Shown piece by piece: positions 61,044-64,000 of a stretch of DNA of 64,000 bases. The notes under the pieces are model-generated. The model made no database searches. It had not been told where the DNA came from and saw only the letters and a list, made by a program, of their open reading frames with translations. The DNA comes from Eledone cirrhosa (taxonomy: Eukaryota), in NCBI GenBank assembly GCA_964016885.1, contig OZ024740.1, positions 406,224,001 through 406,288,000 on the forward strand, given 5' to 3'. How positions within the stretch are numbered: the first letter of the stretch is position 1; every line of letters begins with the position of its first letter. Both the position numbers and the translations under genes were made by a program.

Positions 61044-61644
61044 ATGTTTGAACTACATTTGCCCACTCTCACACCATGTTAATGAAGATAACGAAAGCTA
61101 TAAATGCTAAACATATATTGTTTGGTTGCTTCCACACTATACATTTACTAAGGCAGAACTAACCGGAGTACACAACAAATTGGAGAACAAACAAAACAAA
61201 AAAATGTCTCCTCAAAACTATGATTGTGGGTGGGATACTAATGAGGAAAAATAAAACAGTAAAAGAATGTGTAGTAAATATGTCAATTACAAAACTTAAT
61301 TCAGATCACAAAAGTAATCTGTTGAAGCAAATACCGGCACACTCAACAAGGAAAATGTCATATAAAAGAAGTAAAATAAAATAAATAAAAAATAAATAAA
61401 TAAAATGATCAACTTCTCGATGACTGGTGGGCGGAAACATAATTTTCTTGGAAAGAATCTATTTGTTAGTGTCAATGCATTGAAGCAATGATGGTAAATA
61501 AAACACTTGACTAAATATTATTGAATAATATATATCAAACTACCATGGCTTTTAACTAAATACCACTGGTCAGTTATGTTATCTAATCAATTATCAAATG
61601 CTATCGTTTTCAGATCAACTAAGAATGCATAGCAAAAATGTTTT

Positions 61645-62350
61645 CATTATTTTAGATTGGCGAGGGAGGTGGATTGGCTGTATCGGTAGAGGGTCGGATG
61701 CCATGCTTTGCAGAATAGAGTTTTGGCTCTTTATGATCTGAGTTCAAATCCTGCCGAGGTTAACTTTGTCTTTCATCCTTACGGGGTCGATAAAATAAAG
61801 CACCAGTAATGTACTGGGATTGATTTAATAGACTTTACCCTCCCCCAAAATTGCTGACCTTGTGCCTATATAAGAAACCATTATTTTAAATTGGCAGGGT
61901 GATGGATTGGCAGAATTGTTAGCACATCAAACAAAATGCTTTGCAGCATTTAATTACGGGTTCAAATCTCATCAAGTTCAATTTTGCCTTTCATCTTTCT
62001 GTGTCTGATAAAATAAAGTACCAGTCATGTATTGGATCAATGTAAGGAACTTCCCCACCCCCAAAATTGTTGGCCTTGTGCCTAAAGTAGAAATCATTAT
62101 TTTGAATTGGCAAGGTTAGTGTTTTGGCAGAATCATTAGAGCATCAAGAAAAATGTCTCACAGTATTTAGTTACTGCTTTTTACGCTAATTTGAAGTTCA
62201 AATCCTAGTGAGGACACCTTTGCCTTTCATCCTTCAGAAGAGGTGGAGTCGGTAAAATAAAGTACCAATAAAATGTTGGTATCAATATACTCAACTGTTT
62301 CATCCCACCAATATTTCTGGCCTTGCACCTATGTTAGAAAATATAATTTT
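61645..62350 (+). mobile_element. three tandem full-length family A SINEs separated by the same target sequence
   Basis: Heads at about 61665, 61898 and 62115; spacer CATTATTTTRRATTGGC at about 61645, 61879 and 62095. Confidence 0.88.
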
Positions 62351-63394
62351 AAAGAAAGCAAATGTATATCATATAAGCAGATTTTATACATATATGTGTG
62401 TTAATATTAGGGTCGTTGTCTTATAGGATATTAAATCATACATATGAACATCTCCACCTTTATGTTATCGGTATTTCTTCACCTATAGGTATATCAACAC
62501 CATGCAATTCACCAGAGGAATTAGTCAATGAAAGTAATAGTCAGGTCCCAATCAATCAAAGATGGTTAATCTATCATAAAATTAAAATTTGAATGATTTT
62601 TTTTTAAATCATATATGTGAGTATATGAAAAAAAAATCAAAATATACCTGAAGAGACAACTATTTCCCAATAAAATCTAATAAATGCAATCATCTTCAGA
62701 TGAATTCAAACTAGGAATCTTTATAGCAAGCACTACATAAGTTGACATAAGATACTTCATTCTATTGTCAAAACTAACTTTGATACTTACAAACAAAATA
62801 TTTTGCTTCAAGAAATCCTGTTTCTGGGAATGATAGTATCCACTGGTGTCAATATAATATCAAATCATTCAGCATTTTAAAAACAAGCACAAAAAACAAT
62901 GCCAAGAAACACTCCCTACAAATATAAGAATACATCCCTATACACACATCATCCTAAACAATCACCAATATATACACAAATGCTGTAACAAGCACACACA
63001 TGCTCTCTCTCTAATTCTGAAATGTAATATTTTAGATGTAGAGATATTTTTTCCATCCTATATTAAAAATAGTATATTGCTGATGTAAATATTGAGATAA
63101 TATATTTACTTTTCAATTTATGCCTTTGTAAATTTGATTATTCCATGCTAGCATTAAATCAAATGGACTAGGAAATAGGAAAGGAAGACCACCAAGAAAA
63201 ATTGAATAAAAAGAAAAGTAGAGAATTAGCTAAATGGAGTGAAAGTATACAAAAATATGGAAGATGGCAGTGACTAAATACAAAATATTCATATTAATGA
63301 AACTACTAAAAAGATAAATCAGAATAGCATGGGGGGGGGGGGGGGGGGGGTATTGTAGTCCTTTGGTTCATAGGACTATGAAAATTATATATAA

Positions 63395-63690
63395 ACATGG
63401 AAAGAATCTGATGGTGAGGAAGACTAAGAAAAAGCTTGGCAGAGATGGTTAGAGCTGATCTCCAAATGCCGAACCTCACAGAGGAAATGAGGAATACTAT
63501 GACTGGACGAGAAGGAGGGGTGGCTTTGTTAGAAAAGACCCATCCAACTCATGCTAGCATGAAGAAACAGGCAAAGGAGGATGAGGATGATTAGGAGGAG
63601 GATGAGGAGGATGAGGATGATGATGATGATGATGATGATGAGGGTGGTGGTGGTGGTGGTGGTAGTGATGGTGATGATGATGATGATTTA
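63395..63690 (+). mobile_element. old RTE 3' relic with expanded (GAG/GAT/GGT)n tail
   Basis: GRLRKSLAEMVRADL-like coding, CATGCTAGCATG hairpin, then a compound trinucleotide repeat. Confidence 0.75.
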
Positions 63691-64000
63691 ATGTAGTAAG
63701 ATGTATCAAAACCAGAGTTTCTTCTTTTCATTCAAATCCTTCAGATCTCAGTATAAGAATTCCACAGGTTAGGTGTTGTAACCTCATCACAAGTATTACA
63801 AATTAAGAAATTGAAAATGCTGAAGCTAAAATACTAAGAGGATCACAGGTGCCCACATTCCAGTAATAAAAGTTACTTATATTAAGAATACAAATAAGAA
63901 TTTAATATATAGAGACAGCAACAATTCAGTACACAAAGAGTGGATTTAGCATTTCAGATAGACAAGAAGAAATTTGATACTTTGTATATAACGTGGAAAG

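Overview
AT-rich, microsatellite-rich animal genomic DNA with no operons, rRNA, tRNA genes or CRISPR arrays. The repeat repertoire suggests an octopus or other coleoid cephalopod; this is an inference from recalled repeat motifs, not a database result. All long ORFs are transposon-derived. They include several RTE-clade LINE copies in two young subfamilies plus older relics, one 5'-truncated CR1 LINE, a pogo/Tigger-type DNA element with an RTE nested inside it, and mariner, HERO, Tx1 and Penelope-like relics. Two TTAA/piggyBac-type MITE families and many tRNA-derived SINEs are also present. The only host-gene signal is a minus-strand exon (28531-28862) carrying a start codon, a uORF and a hairpin. 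It may splice in frame across about 27.5 kb to a transmembrane-encoding exon (913-1019), so much of the window may be intronic. I found no clear-cut new biological system. The best leads are a PHD finger inside the RTE protein, minimal hammerhead ribozyme relics, inverted LINE pairs that could form ADAR substrates, an intron-bearing mini-pogo with a PIP box, a bipartite RTE-derived element, and serial SINE insertion at one site. Coordinates and translations were read by eye, so edges of degenerate repeats are approximate.
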